NCBI RefSeq assembly: GCF_000737315.1 | Contig: NZ_JMCB01000005.1 | Coordinates: forward strand, 372,001-436,000 | Direction of reading: 5' to 3' | Length of the DNA: 64,000 nt | Source: Hyalangium minutum | GTDB taxonomy: Bacteria; Myxococcota; Myxococcia; Myxococcales; Myxococcaceae | In this document: piece after piece, positions 20,309-30,482 of the stretch | Layout of the letters: the number at the start of each line of letters is the position of its first letter | Position numbering within the stretch: the first letter of the stretch is position 1 | Notes under the pieces: model-generated | Told to the model about the DNA's origin: nothing | The model's database searches: none | What the model saw: the letters and a program-made list of their open reading frames with translations, nothing else | Translations under genes and position numbers: made by a program

Positions 20309-21814
20309 ATGGAAGGGGACCACATGCACCGAACCTTGCGGACGTGGTTCCTGAAGCGCCTGGACTTGCTGCTCCATGAGGAGCAGCGCCGGTTTCCTCC
20401 GCATGAGCTTGGCCGGTTTCGGGTGCTGGTGGGCGCGGCGGCGCTCAACCTCGCGCTCGCCCTGCTGAACATGTTCGGCCCCGAGGCGCCCGCGCACGGC
20501 ACGCTCTTCCGAGCAGCGGGGATTCTCTTCTCGGCCGCTTACCTGAGCACCCTGATCCTGGTGCGCCGAGGCGCTCCGTTCCGCATCCCGGCCCTGCTCC
20601 TGTGCTCGGCGCTCAGCGTCGGCATTGTCTTCGCCATCCACCTGCTGGGAAATCCGCAGGCGCCTACCCATGCGGTGATCATGCTCGCCCCCGCCCTGGC
20701 TGTGTATCTGCTGGGCGCGCGCACGGGGCTCGTCTTCACCGGAGTGATGGCGCTCAACACGCTGTTCCTCTACCCCTGGGCCCAGGCAGGGTTCCGGTTC
20801 GACCGCCCGCTCTTCGAGAATGAGCAGTCGGAGATGATGTCCTTCTTCGCCGCGGTGACCCTGTTCAGCGGCTGGGGGCTGAGCTGGCTGCACAGCGCCT
20901 CGCGGGCGGAGGCGTTCGCGGCGCTCCGGGCGAGCGAGAGCCGGCTGGCCGAGATGCACCGGAGCCTGCTGGAGGTGTCGCGCCAGGCGGGCAAGGCGGA
21001 GATGGCCATCGGCGTCCTTCACAACATGGGCAATGTGCTCAACTCGATCACCGTGTCGATGGGGCTGGTGGCCGAGCGCTCACAGGCCCTGCGGCTCTCG
21101 GGGGTGGCCCGCGTCGCCGAGTTGCTGGACGCGCACGCGGGGGAGCTGGGCACTTTCCTCACCGAGGATCCTCGCGGTCAGCAGATTCCCACCTACCTCC
21201 GGCAGCTCTCCCGGGAGCTCGCTCAGGAGCAGGAGACCCTCGTGGCGGAGGTGCACACCCTGGGCCGGGGGATCGAGGACGTCCGGGCCATGGTGAGCGT
21301 GCAGCAGGAGCATGCGCGTCCCATCGGCCTCGTGGAGGAGGTGCTCGTGCCTCAGCTCATCGACGATGCGCTGCGCTTGATGAGCGCATCCTTCGAGCGC
21401 TCCGGCATCCACGTGCGGACGGAGTACAGCCAGGTGCCTGCGGTGGAAGTGGATCGGTACAAGCTGCTGCAGATCCTGACCAACCTCCTCACCAACGCGC
21501 AGCAGGCGCTGGAGGAGAGCGCTCGCCCGGACAAGGGGATCACCGTGCGGGTGGAGCACGCGCCCGAGGGCCGGCTGCATGTCGAGGTGGCCGACAACGG
21601 GGTGGGCATTGCTCCCGAGCACCTGCCCCGCGTCTTCACCCAGGGGTTCACCACCCGGCAGGCTGGGCACGGCTTCGGGTTGCACCTCAGCTCCCTGACG
21701 GCCCAGGAACTGGGCGGCTCTCTCACGTGCGAGAGTTCCGGGAAGGAGCAGGGCGCGACCTTCATCCTCGAGCTCCCGCTGGAGGCGCAGGGAGCGCGGG
21801 AGTCCCGGGCCTGA
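20309..21814 (+). CDS. Membrane sensor histidine kinase (orphan)
   Basis: About five TM segments, H-box VLHNMGNVLNSI, N-box QILTNLLTNA, and G-boxes DNGVGI and GHGFGL. Confidence 0.9.
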   Translation: MEGDHMHRTLRTWFLKRLDLLLHEEQRRFPPHELGRFRVLVGAAALNLALALLNMFGPEAPAHGTLFRAAGILFSAAYLSTLILVRRGAPFRIPALLLCSALSVGIVFAIHLLGNPQAPTHAVIMLAPALAVYLLGARTGLVFTGVMALNTLFLYPWAQAGFRFDRPLFENEQSEMMSFFAAVTLFSGWGLSWLHSASRAEAFAALRASESRLAEMHRSLLEVSRQAGKAEMAIGVLHNMGNVLNSITVSMGLVAERSQALRLSGVARVAELLDAHAGELGTFLTEDPRGQQIPTYLRQLSRELAQEQETLVAEVHTLGRGIEDVRAMVSVQQEHARPIGLVEEVLVPQLIDDALRLMSASFERSGIHVRTEYSQVPAVEVDRYKLLQILTNLLTNAQQALEESARPDKGITVRVEHAPEGRLHVEVADNGVGIAPEHLPRVFTQGFTTRQAGHGFGLHLSSLTAQELGGSLTCESSGKEQGATFILELPLEAQGARESRA

Positions 21815-21846
21815 AGCGGGGAGGGCGGATGCGTCCCTCCCCACTT
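21813..21846. terminator. Hairpin between the convergent kinase and M13 peptidase genes
   Basis: GGGGAGGG...CCCTCCCC stem, extended by GAAG/CTTC. Confidence 0.6.
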
Positions 21847-21862
21847 CAACCTGCGTGCGGCG

Positions 21863-23938
21863 CTACCAGATTTTCACGCGCTGCTCGGGCGGCAGCCACG
21901 CGCCGTCGCCCTCCTTCACGCCGAAGGCCTGGATGTACTCCGGCATGTTCCGCACCACGCCGTTGACGCGGATCGGTCCCGGCGAGTGCGGATCCGTCAC
22001 CAGCATCTGCCGCAGGTAGTCATCGCGGAAGAGCGAGCGCCACACCTGCCCCCAGCCGAAGAAGAAGCGCTGGTCGCCGGTGAAGCCCTGGATGACCGGG
22101 GCCTCCTGGCCCTTCAGCGACAGCTTGTAGGCGCGGTAGGAGACCGTCAGGCCGCTCAGGTCGCCGATGTTCTCGCCCAGCGTCAGCTTGCCGTTCACCG
22201 ACATCTGGTCGATGGGCTTGAAGCTGTTGTACTGCTCCACCAGCATGGAGGTGCGCTGCTCGAAGGCCTTCTTGTCCTCGGCCGTCCACCAGTCGCGCAG
22301 GTTGCCGTCGCCATCCGAGCGGCTGCCCTGGTCATCGAAGCCGTGGCTGATCTCGTGGCCAATCACGCCGCCGATGCCGCCGTAGTTCACCGCGTCATCC
22401 GCCTCGGGATCGAAGAACGGCGGCTGGAGAATGGCGGCCGGGAAGACGATCTCGTTCAGCGAGGGGTTGTAGTACGCGTTCACCGTCTGCGGCGTCATGC
22501 CCCACTCGGTGCGGTCGATGGGCTTGCCCAGCTTGTCCATGTTGCGCTGGATCTCGAACGCGGTGGCGCGCTTGTCATTGCCCACCAGGTCTCCTGAGGA
22601 GATCTCCAGCTTGGAGTAGTCGCGCCACTTGTCCGGGTAGCCGATCTTCACGTTGAACTTGGAGAGCTTGTCCTGAGCCTGCGCCTTGGTGGCCGGGCTC
22701 ATCCAGTCGAGCTGCTCGATGCCCTCCTTGAAGGCGGCGCGCAGGTTGCTCACCAGCTCCACCATGCGCTTCTTGGACTCGGGGCTGAAGTGGCGCTCCA
22801 CGTAGAGCTTGCCCACCACCTCGCCCAGCGAGAACTCCACCATCTCCACGCCGCGCTTCCAGCGGGGGCGGTTCTCCTCCTGGCCCTGCAGCGTCTTGCC
22901 GCGGAACTGGAAGTTCAGGTCCTCGAAGGACTTGTTCAGCAGCGGCGCGTACGCATCCAGCAGCTTGTAGGTGAGGTACTGCTTCATCACCGGCAGCGGC
23001 GTCTTCGTGAGCACCTCGGAGAGGGCCTGGAAGTAGTCCGGCTGGCGGACGATGACGCCCGGCGTGTTCTCCGCGCCCAGGGCCTTCAGGTAGCTCTTCC
23101 ACGCGAAGCCCGGGGTGAGCTTCTCCAGCTCGTCCACCGTCTTCAGGTTGTAGGTGGCCTCGCGGTCCCGGTTGCGCACCCGGTCCCAGCTCTTCTCGGC
23201 CAGCTTCGTCTCCAGATCCACGATGTTCTTGGCCGCGCTCGCCGCGTCCTTCTCACCGGCCAGCGCGAGCAGCTGCTCCACGTACTTCTGGTAGGCGGCA
23301 CGCACCTCGGCGAAGCGCGGCTCCTGCTTGAAGTAGTAGTCCCGGTCCGGCAGGCCCAGGCCCGCCTGGTTCGCGTAGAGGATGTAGCGCGTGGCCTGCT
23401 TGGCATCCTGGCCCACGAACGCCGCCAGCGGCGTCGGGACGCCCCAGCGGTAGAACTCGGCGAACAGCGCCGGGTACTCGTTGGGGCTCTTCAGCGCCGC
23501 CACCCGCTGCAGGTCCGCGCGGATGGGCTCCAGGCCCAGCTGCTCGATGCGCTGGGTGTCCATGAAGCTCGCGTACAGGTCGCGCACCTTCTGGGCGTCC
23601 GTGCCCTGCTGGAGATCCTTCTGCGCGGCGGTCTCCTCGATGATGGCCTTGAGCGCGTTCTCGCTCTTCTCCGCCAGCTCGATGAAGGTGCCATAGCGGG
23701 CGCGGTCCGCCGGCATCGTGGCGGTCTTCGCCCAGGTGCCGTTCACGTGCTTGTAGAAGTCATCCTGGGGGCGCACGGAGGGATCGAAGTTCTTCAACTC
23801 GATGCCGAGCTTGCCCGTGGCCTTCTGCGCCGCGGCATTGGCGTCGGGCGCCTGAGAGCTGGTGGCGCAGCTGGTGAGCAACAGGGCGCTGAGCGCGCCC
23901 GGGGCCCAGAAGAAGCGGGGAAAGAGCTTGAGGCTCAT
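21863..23938 (-). CDS. M13 metallopeptidase (neprilysin/PepO-like) lipoprotein
   Basis: Lipobox LTSC, VNAYY, GHEISHGFD (HExxH), GENIGD and HSP motifs. GGAG precedes the ATG at 23938. Confidence 0.93.
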   Translation of the reverse strand: MSLKLFPRFFWAPGALSALLLTSCATSSQAPDANAAAQKATGKLGIELKNFDPSVRPQDDFYKHVNGTWAKTATMPADRARYGTFIELAEKSENALKAIIEETAAQKDLQQGTDAQKVRDLYASFMDTQRIEQLGLEPIRADLQRVAALKSPNEYPALFAEFYRWGVPTPLAAFVGQDAKQATRYILYANQAGLGLPDRDYYFKQEPRFAEVRAAYQKYVEQLLALAGEKDAASAAKNIVDLETKLAEKSWDRVRNRDREATYNLKTVDELEKLTPGFAWKSYLKALGAENTPGVIVRQPDYFQALSEVLTKTPLPVMKQYLTYKLLDAYAPLLNKSFEDLNFQFRGKTLQGQEENRPRWKRGVEMVEFSLGEVVGKLYVERHFSPESKKRMVELVSNLRAAFKEGIEQLDWMSPATKAQAQDKLSKFNVKIGYPDKWRDYSKLEISSGDLVGNDKRATAFEIQRNMDKLGKPIDRTEWGMTPQTVNAYYNPSLNEIVFPAAILQPPFFDPEADDAVNYGGIGGVIGHEISHGFDDQGSRSDGDGNLRDWWTAEDKKAFEQRTSMLVEQYNSFKPIDQMSVNGKLTLGENIGDLSGLTVSYRAYKLSLKGQEAPVIQGFTGDQRFFFGWGQVWRSLFRDDYLRQMLVTDPHSPGPIRVNGVVRNMPEYIQAFGVKEGDGAWLPPEQRVKIW

Positions 23939-24040
23939 GGGTCTCCAGGGAAGAAGGGGGATGGGGGTGTTAGCCAACCCGGGGCACGGCGTCTACCCGG
24001 GCGGGCGGCCGAACATTGCATTCCCCCCCTTATTCCCGGC

Positions 24041-24934
24041 TCAGAGCCTGCGCAGCGAGGACCAGGGGAAGGGCTTCCAGAAGGGCGTGGCCACCTCATC
24101 CGCCTCCAGGGAGAACCACGGCCCGTCCTGGCCCGGAGACAGCACCTGGAAATCTTGCGCCGGAATGAAGCCCTGGCCCAGAAGGGCCACCCGCTCGCCT
24201 TGTGCGTTCACGGCCACGTCCAGGACGAGCACCGCGTGCCCCGGGCTGCCTCCGAGCACGAAGAAGTCTCCGGGCCGTGCGGTCTCGCGCGAGGGCCGCT
24301 GCTTCAGCTCCTGCAGCGACAGCGTCCCCGCGTAGGTGAAGACCAGGTCCAGGTAGGCGCGGAAGGACGTGCGCGAGCTGTCCGCCGAGGCGCTGCGCGT
24401 CCACTTCACCTTCGAGCCGGAGATCTTCGCCCGGTCTCCGGCGGCGTACTTGCTCCAGGTGGCCAGGTCCCCGCTGGTGAAGCGGTAGGCGATGCGGTCC
24501 TTCTGGTTCTGGACCCAGAGCCACTCGGCGTGGAGGCGGATGATGGAGTCCGCGCACTGCTGGAGGTTGGCCGAGCCGATGTCCAGCTCCGCCACCGCCG
24601 CCAGCCGGGAGTCATCCCCGGCCAGCACCTGTCCGCCACGGAAGTCGCGCGCGGGCGAGCCCGCGGGCCGCAGCGGCAAGCCTCGCAGCCATGCCCCGAA
24701 CGAGCCCGGCTCCACCGCCACCCGGGTGTAGCCGGAGGGAGGCGGGAAGGCGGCCTCCAGCGAGCGCACCCGAGCGTCCTTGGACAGCCACGGGTAGCGC
24801 GTCAGCTCCTCCTTCGTAGGTGGGCGAGGGGCGGGGCCCTCCGAGGAGGGCTGTGCCCCTGCGGTGGTGGACAGCAGGAGACCGCCGAGGAGGCAGCCCA
24901 GGAGTCGCGGCAAGAGCGAGTGGCGGATCATCAC
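24041..24934 (-). CDS. DUF4846-like exported protein (possible Cys-His papain-like hydrolase)
   Basis: Signal peptide; SFGAWLRGLPLRP, LQQCADSIIRLHAEWL and PGHAVLVLDVA motifs. The start overlaps the upstream stop. Family named from memory. Confidence 0.7.
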   Translation of the reverse strand: MMIRHSLLPRLLGCLLGGLLLSTTAGAQPSSEGPAPRPPTKEELTRYPWLSKDARVRSLEAAFPPPSGYTRVAVEPGSFGAWLRGLPLRPAGSPARDFRGGQVLAGDDSRLAAVAELDIGSANLQQCADSIIRLHAEWLWVQNQKDRIAYRFTSGDLATWSKYAAGDRAKISGSKVKWTRSASADSSRTSFRAYLDLVFTYAGTLSLQELKQRPSRETARPGDFFVLGGSPGHAVLVLDVAVNAQGERVALLGQGFIPAQDFQVLSPGQDGPWFSLEADEVATPFWKPFPWSSLRRL

Positions 24935-26184
24935 GGCGAGCTGAGCACGGCTTTGATGTCGGCTTCCATCTGCTTGCGGATGCCGTACAGGCCGCTGTTG
25001 GGGAAGGGCACGCCGTTGCGCGTCAAGGTGCCGAGCACGGGATAGAAGGGATCGGCGCGGAGCTTCGGCATGTCATAGGCGTCGAGCACGGCGGGGAGCA
25101 GGTACCGGGGCACGCGGCTGGCCTCGGGGGCATCCTCGCTCATGAGGATCCACTCGTAGGTGCCCGGCTGGCTCATGTAGTCGGCGAACGCGAGCGCCGC
25201 CTTCTCGCAGTCGCCCGTGCAGTTGACGCCCAGGAGGTAGGAGTCGGTGAACAGGATGGGCGTGTTGCCACTGCCCAGCGGCGCCGAGGAGATCTTGATG
25301 GCGGAGGCGCTGGAGCCCGCGGGCAGGCTCTTGATGATGGTGTGCAGGCGCTCCGAGTAGCCCAGCGTGGAGTCCACCTTCCCCTGCGCGAAGAGCTGCG
25401 CGGGCAGGTCGAAGTTCTCGGACAGGCCGTACGTTCCGTCGATGCAGGGGTTCGTGCCATCAGCGGAGGCGCAGGTGCGGACGAAGGCGTGCATGGAGTC
25501 GAGGACGCCCTGGTCGTAGCTCGACGTCGTCACCGCGGCCCGCAGCGACTCGCCCCCGTACTTGTCCGACCACCCATCCAGGTAGAGCGAGGGCAGGTTC
25601 CAGCTGCCGAGCATGTCCACGGCGGTGCCGGCCTCGGGGGTGCCCAGGCCCTCCAGCGCCTGGACGAGCTGCGTGGCCGTCTGGGCCTGACGCACGCTCT
25701 CGCTGCGCGACATGATGAAGTGGTTGCACAGCCAGTGGGGCACGCCATAGAGCGCCGCAGGCGAGGACGGCGTGGAGGCCTGAATCCCCGAGGGATGGTA
25801 TTGGACCCACTCCGCCGGCACGCGCGGCCAGGGGCGCAGCGCTCCCGTGGCCACCAGCTCGCCCAGGAGGGCGGTGTCCGTCTCGATGACGTCGTACGCG
25901 CAGGGGCTCTCGCCCTTCAGGGAGCGGGCGATGCCGTCCGGATCATAGAAGTCGATCTCCTGGTCGCAGGCCGGGTTGAGCACCAGATCGACATTCGGGT
26001 GGCTCGCCTCGAAGTCCTTCTTGATGCGGGCCGTCAACGCCTTGAATCCATCCCCGGCCGAGTCCGGGATGTACGGATACATGGGAACGCGGAGCGTCAC
26101 CTTTTGCGCGGGGGGCTCTTCCCCTCCGCAAGCCCACAGGAGCGCCGCGCCTACCAGCCCGAGCCACCGAAGATTGCTTCGCAT
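24931..26184 (-). CDS. Thiaminase I (thiamine pyridinylase)-like lipoprotein, periplasmic-binding-protein fold
   Basis: Lipobox [23 protein letters not shown] (nucleophile Cys) and GYSE (catalytic Glu) match recalled Paenibacillus thiaminase I motifs (VAIYPYVPD, YGLPQILC, GYSE). Confidence 0.8.
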   Translation of the reverse strand: MRSNLRWLGLVGAALLWACGGEEPPAQKVTLRVPMYPYIPDSAGDGFKALTARIKKDFEASHPNVDLVLNPACDQEIDFYDPDGIARSLKGESPCAYDVIETDTALLGELVATGALRPWPRVPAEWVQYHPSGIQASTPSSPAALYGVPHWLCNHFIMSRSESVRQAQTATQLVQALEGLGTPEAGTAVDMLGSWNLPSLYLDGWSDKYGGESLRAAVTTSSYDQGVLDSMHAFVRTCASADGTNPCIDGTYGLSENFDLPAQLFAQGKVDSTLGYSERLHTIIKSLPAGSSASAIKISSAPLGSGNTPILFTDSYLLGVNCTGDCEKAALAFADYMSQPGTYEWILMSEDAPEASRVPRYLLPAVLDAYDMPKLRADPFYPVLGTLTRNGVPFPNSGLYGIRKQMEADIKAVLSSP

Positions 26185-26327
26185 TCATCCTCCTCATGAG
26201 GGGGGCCTCCCTCACGCGGGAGGCCGGATCCGCCGAACACCGAGTCCACGATATCCTTGCCGGAGCCGAAGTTCCCCTCGGGGTGGAGGGCGCGGCGATG
26301 GAGGCTCTGGCGTGGTACCCTGGGCGC

Positions 26328-26645
26328 ATGTCGCAGAGCCTGCTGATCGTCCACGTCTATGTTCACGTCAAACCGGAGCACGTCGACGCCTTCCGAGAAG
26401 CCTCGCTGGCCAATGCGCGCGAGAGCGTGAAGGAGCCGGGGATCGCCCGCTTCGATGTGGTGCAGGAGGCGGACGACAAGACGCGCTTCGTGCTGGTGGA
26501 GGTGTACCGCACGCCCGAGGCGCCGGCCGCGCACAAGGAGACGGCGCACTACCTCAAGTGGCGCGACACAGTGGCTCCGATGATGGCGGAGCCGCGCACG
26601 AGCCGGAAGTACATCAACTGCTTCCCGGGCAACGAGGGGTGGTGA
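26328..26645 (+). CDS. Antibiotic biosynthesis monooxygenase / LsrG-like protein
   Basis: [16 protein letters not shown] and [12 protein letters not shown] motifs in about 105 aa. Confidence 0.85.
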   Translation: MSQSLLIVHVYVHVKPEHVDAFREASLANARESVKEPGIARFDVVQEADDKTRFVLVEVYRTPEAPAAHKETAHYLKWRDTVAPMMAEPRTSRKYINCFPGNEGW

Positions 26646-26646
26646 C

Positions 26647-27816
26647 ATGAGCGGCGGCCTGGCGTTCGAGTTCGCCACTGCGACGCGCGTCCTCTTCGGA
26701 GCGGGCCGGCTGGCCGAGGCGCCCGAGGTGGTGCGGGCCCTGGGAGGCCGTCGGGTGATGATCGTCACCGGGAGCACGCCGGTGCGCGCGGCGCCGCTGC
26801 GCGAGGGCCTGGATCGGCTGGGGCTGTCTACCGTCCTATTCCGGGTGGAGGGCGAGCCCACGCTGGAACTGGCCCGGGAGGGCACGGCGACGGCCATCGC
26901 GGCGGGCTGTGATGCGCTGGTGGCGCTGGGCGGAGGCAGTGTGTTGGACGCGGGCAAGGCCATCGCGGCGCTGGCGGCGAATGGCGGAGATCCGCTCGAC
27001 TACCTGGAGGTGATCGGGCGCGGGCGGCCTCTGACGCATCCCTCCGTGCCGATGGTCGCCATTCCGACGACGGCGGGGACAGGCTCGGAGGTGACACGCA
27101 ACGCGGTGCTGGGCTCGAAGGAAGAGAAGGTGAAGGCCAGCCTGCGCAGCCCGCTCATGTTGCCGCGCGTGGCGCTGGTGGATCCGGATCTATTGAAGGG
27201 GACGCCGGGGCCAGTGATTGCTTCGAGCGGCTTGGACGCGCTCTCTCAGCTCATCGAGCCGTTCATCTCGGCTCGGGCCAACCCACTCACGGACACGCTG
27301 GCGCGCGAGGGCATGCGGCGCTCGGCGCGCTCGCTGCGGCGGGCGGTGCTGGAGGACTTCGACGCGGCGGCGCGAGAGGACCTGGCGCTGGCGAGCCTCT
27401 TCGGAGGGCTGTGCCTGGCGAACTCGGGGCTCGGCGCGGTGCACGGCTTCGCGGCGCCCATGGGCGGCATGTTCCAGGCGCCGCACGGGGCGGTGTGCGC
27501 GGCGCTGCTGGCGGCGGCCCTGGAGGTGAACCTGCGGGCCATGCGGGCGCGTGCGGCCCAGCACCCAGCGCTTCCGCGCTTCCAGGAGGTAGCGGCGCTG
27601 CTCACCGGCCGGCCCGAGGCGAAGGCGGAGGACGCCATCACCTGGGTGAAGGAGCTGTGCCAGGCGCTGAGCGTGCCGGGACTGCGCCGCTACGGGTTGA
27701 CGGAGGCAGAGGTCCCCCGGCTGGTAGAGAAGGCCAAGGTGGCCAGCAGCATGAAGGCCAACCCGCTGGCTCTCACGGACGAGGAGCTCACGGAGATCGC
27801 TACCCGCTCCCTGTGA
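26647..27816 (+). CDS. Iron-containing alcohol dehydrogenase
   Basis: ALGGGSVLDAGKA, AIPTTAGTGSE, DALSQLIE and GAVHGFA..GG...HG motifs. Confidence 0.9.
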   Translation: MSGGLAFEFATATRVLFGAGRLAEAPEVVRALGGRRVMIVTGSTPVRAAPLREGLDRLGLSTVLFRVEGEPTLELAREGTATAIAAGCDALVALGGGSVLDAGKAIAALAANGGDPLDYLEVIGRGRPLTHPSVPMVAIPTTAGTGSEVTRNAVLGSKEEKVKASLRSPLMLPRVALVDPDLLKGTPGPVIASSGLDALSQLIEPFISARANPLTDTLAREGMRRSARSLRRAVLEDFDAAAREDLALASLFGGLCLANSGLGAVHGFAAPMGGMFQAPHGAVCAALLAAALEVNLRAMRARAAQHPALPRFQEVAALLTGRPEAKAEDAITWVKELCQALSVPGLRRYGLTEAEVPRLVEKAKVASSMKANPLALTDEELTEIATRSL

Positions 27817-27856
27817 GCTCAAAAGACGAAGCTGTCTTTCAGAACGGGGCTGCCCC

Positions 27857-28534
27857 TTAGCGCTGCACGATGCTCTGACCCGACTGGGCCAGCTTCTCCT
27901 GGTCGGCAGCGGACCCCAGCTTGAGCTCGTGAGGGATCTTTAGCCCCCGCTGCGCCGCGGGCCGCTGCTCGATGGCGGCCAGCCACCGCTGCAGCTGGGT
28001 CAGCCCCTCCACCGACACACCGGCCCAGTCGTAGGCGCGCACCCAGGCCCAGGTGGCGATGTCCGCGATGCTGTAGTCCCCCGCCAGGTACTCGCTCTCC
28101 TGGAGCCGGGTGTCGAGCACGGTGTAGAGCCGCCGAGTCTCATTCTGGTAGCGCTGGATGGCCGAGGGAATCTTCTCCGGGAAGTAGCGGAAGAAGACGT
28201 TGGCCTGCCCCTGCATGGGGCCTACCCCGCTCATCTGGAACATGAGCCACTGGATGACCCGCGAGCGCCCCTTGCGGTCCGTGGGCATCAGCTTCCCGGT
28301 CTTCTCCGCCAGGTAGATCATGATGGCCCCCGATTCGAACACCGCGAAGTTGTCCTCTTCGCGGTCCACGATGGCCGGGATGCGCCCATTCGGGTTGATC
28401 TTCAGGAACTCGGGCTTCTTCTGCTCACCCTTGCTGATGTCGATGGGGTGCACTGTGTAGGGCAGCCCCAGCTCCTCCAGGGTGGTAGAGATCTTCCAGC
28501 CGTTCGGCGTGGCCCACGTGTAGAAATCAATCAT
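27857..28534 (-). CDS. Glutathione S-transferase (YfcG/YghU-like)
   Basis: [28 protein letters not shown] and YSIADIA motifs. Confidence 0.92.
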   Translation of the reverse strand: MIDFYTWATPNGWKISTTLEELGLPYTVHPIDISKGEQKKPEFLKINPNGRIPAIVDREEDNFAVFESGAIMIYLAEKTGKLMPTDRKGRSRVIQWLMFQMSGVGPMQGQANVFFRYFPEKIPSAIQRYQNETRRLYTVLDTRLQESEYLAGDYSIADIATWAWVRAYDWAGVSVEGLTQLQRWLAAIEQRPAAQRGLKIPHELKLGSAADQEKLAQSGQSIVQR

Positions 28535-28563
28535 GGCGCGGCTCCTCAGGGGACGACGGTGAG

Positions 28564-30078
28564 CTACTTCCGGCCGCGCTTTCCAGCGGCCCAATCCTCG
28601 TAGACGTTGAAGGACTTCATCTGCTGGAGGAGGTCGGTGGCGCGCGCCATCTCCTCCACTTGCGCGCGGGTTTGCCGGGGCAGCTTCGCGCCGTCCTGCT
28701 GCGCGAACCCGTAGGCCAGCGCGGCGATGATGGCCGTGTTGAGCCGCAGCTGGTGCAGGTCGCACTTGTCCATCTCATCCGAGCGCGCGTGGTAGTTGGG
28801 CCCATAGAGCGCGGGCTCCTGGCTCGCCACGAGGTTCGGCACGCCGTGCAGCATGAAGTCGAAGTTGTCCGTGCCGACGATGGGGTCATCCACCTGCGTG
28901 AAGGGCCCCAGCCCCTTCACTGGCTCGAGCGCCCGGTCCACCAGAGGGGGCAGCTCAGGGCGGCGTCCAGTGAAGAAGCCGTTGATGCGCCCACAGCCGA
29001 TGTCGAACGAGGACGCCATCACGTGCTGGTCCAGCTCCGCCTCGTGCGTCCGCGTGTAGCCCCACGAGCCGTACATGCCCTGCTCCTCGCCGTTCCACAG
29101 CGCGAAGCGGATCGTGCGAGCCGGCTGGAGGCCCAGCCGCTTCATCTGCCGCGCCACGTCGATGAGCGCCGCCACGTTGGCGCCATTGTCCAGCACGCCT
29201 GTGCCCAGGTCCCACGAGTCCAGGTGCGCACCCACGAGGACCACCTCCTCGGGGCGCGTGGAGCCGCGGATCTCACCGACGACGTTGTAGCTCGTGTAAG
29301 CGGGGCCAGTCTGGAGGTCCAGCTCGGCAGTGATGGTCAGCGCCTTGCCGCCGCGGATCAGCCGCAGTGCCCGCAGCGCTGCGTCCCGCTCCATCACGAA
29401 CATGGGCCGAGTGTTGCGCAGGCCCACGGCCACGTTGTGGCGGTAGAGCAGGTTGTTGGGCCGTGAGCCCATGTAGATGACTCCCGCCACGCCCGCGGCG
29501 AAGGCGCGCTCTTCAATGGCCGCGCTCTCGGCGTACTCGCGGAACAAGCCGTCGACGTCCTTGAGCTCCTCCGTCTCGATGAGCAGGAACGCCCCGCGGA
29601 CCTTGGCCCCGAGCGCCTGGAAGTCCTTCTCGGAGCCCTTGCGCCCATCGATCAACGGCGCCGTGAGCCCACCCTTGGGCGTGCTGGTGGAGAAGGGCAT
29701 GGCCGCCACGCGAGGCGTGTAACTGAGGTTCTCCCCGCGCACCGTGGCACGCGCCGCGCGCTCCAGCCACAGCGAGGGCATCTGGAAGGGCTCCTTGCGC
29801 GCCTCCACTCCCGCCTCATGGAAGCGCGCCAGCGCCCACTCCACCGAGCGCAGGTTGGCCGGCGAGCCCGTGGCCCTGCCACCGATCTCATCGCTGAGCG
29901 ACTGGAGATCGCTCACCAGAGGGGTGTCCCCCAGGATGCTGGCGAGCAGCCGGGACACGTCAGCGCGGGAAGGGTCCTCCTTGGCGGGAGGCGCCGCGAG
30001 GACCGGCGACGACAGGAACGAGAGGCAGAGCAGGGCGGACAGCTGGAACAGAGGCGCTGGGCGCAAGGCAGTCTCCAA
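28564..30078 (-). CDS. M28 family peptidase with PA domain (carboxypeptidase Q-like), exported
   Basis: Signal peptide; [34 protein letters not shown] and YHARSD motifs. Confidence 0.85.
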   Translation of the reverse strand: METALRPAPLFQLSALLCLSFLSSPVLAAPPAKEDPSRADVSRLLASILGDTPLVSDLQSLSDEIGGRATGSPANLRSVEWALARFHEAGVEARKEPFQMPSLWLERAARATVRGENLSYTPRVAAMPFSTSTPKGGLTAPLIDGRKGSEKDFQALGAKVRGAFLLIETEELKDVDGLFREYAESAAIEERAFAAGVAGVIYMGSRPNNLLYRHNVAVGLRNTRPMFVMERDAALRALRLIRGGKALTITAELDLQTGPAYTSYNVVGEIRGSTRPEEVVLVGAHLDSWDLGTGVLDNGANVAALIDVARQMKRLGLQPARTIRFALWNGEEQGMYGSWGYTRTHEAELDQHVMASSFDIGCGRINGFFTGRRPELPPLVDRALEPVKGLGPFTQVDDPIVGTDNFDFMLHGVPNLVASQEPALYGPNYHARSDEMDKCDLHQLRLNTAIIAALAYGFAQQDGAKLPRQTRAQVEEMARATDLLQQMKSFNVYEDWAAGKRGRK

Positions 30079-30102
30079 GGTGGCGCGGCAGCCTATACCG
30101 AG

Positions 30103-30450
30103 CTACCTCGGGCCGTAGCGGCGCTTCAGCTCCTCCAAGGAGGCCCCGCTCCACTCGGCCAGAAGCTGCATCGCATCGCGGGCGTGGATGAAGTGGAGCG
30201 TGTCCCCAGCGAACACCGACAGGAACACGCCGCCGCAGCCCGGCAGCTTCGCGCCCACCGACTCCAGGTAGTCCACGAGCTTTGGCAGCGCGCGCTCCAG
30301 CAGGAAGGCGCGGACGTCTCCCCCCGGCAGCACGAGCTCATAGCTCCTCGAGTCCTCCTGCTCCTCGCGGGTGCGCGAGATGGCGGCGTTGGCCTCGGAG
30401 GCCGGGGCCTGCGCGAAGGCGAGGCGGAGGAACGTCTCTGCGTCGGTCAT
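30103..30450 (-). CDS. Small conserved myxobacterial hypothetical protein (resembles the STAUR_1299 family as recalled)
   Basis: 115-aa ORF with strong GC3 bias. The family name is from memory and unverified. Confidence 0.65.
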   Translation of the reverse strand: MTDAETFLRLAFAQAPASEANAAISRTREEQEDSRSYELVLPGGDVRAFLLERALPKLVDYLESVGAKLPGCGGVFLSVFAGDTLHFIHARDAMQLLAEWSGASLEELKRRYGPR

Positions 30451-30482
30451 GGCGGAGTCCTCGCCGGTTTCCCTGACATGGG

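Noticed and set aside
26185-26327. TPP riboswitch upstream of the thiaminase gene
   Set aside because: No CUGAGA or other TPP consensus was found on the relevant strand, only a simple GGCCTCCC/GGGAGGCC hairpin.
26647-27816. Iron ADH as the aldehyde reductase of the DHAP shunt
   Set aside because: It is over 6 kb away on the opposite strand and paired with an LsrG-like gene; nothing in the sequence links them.
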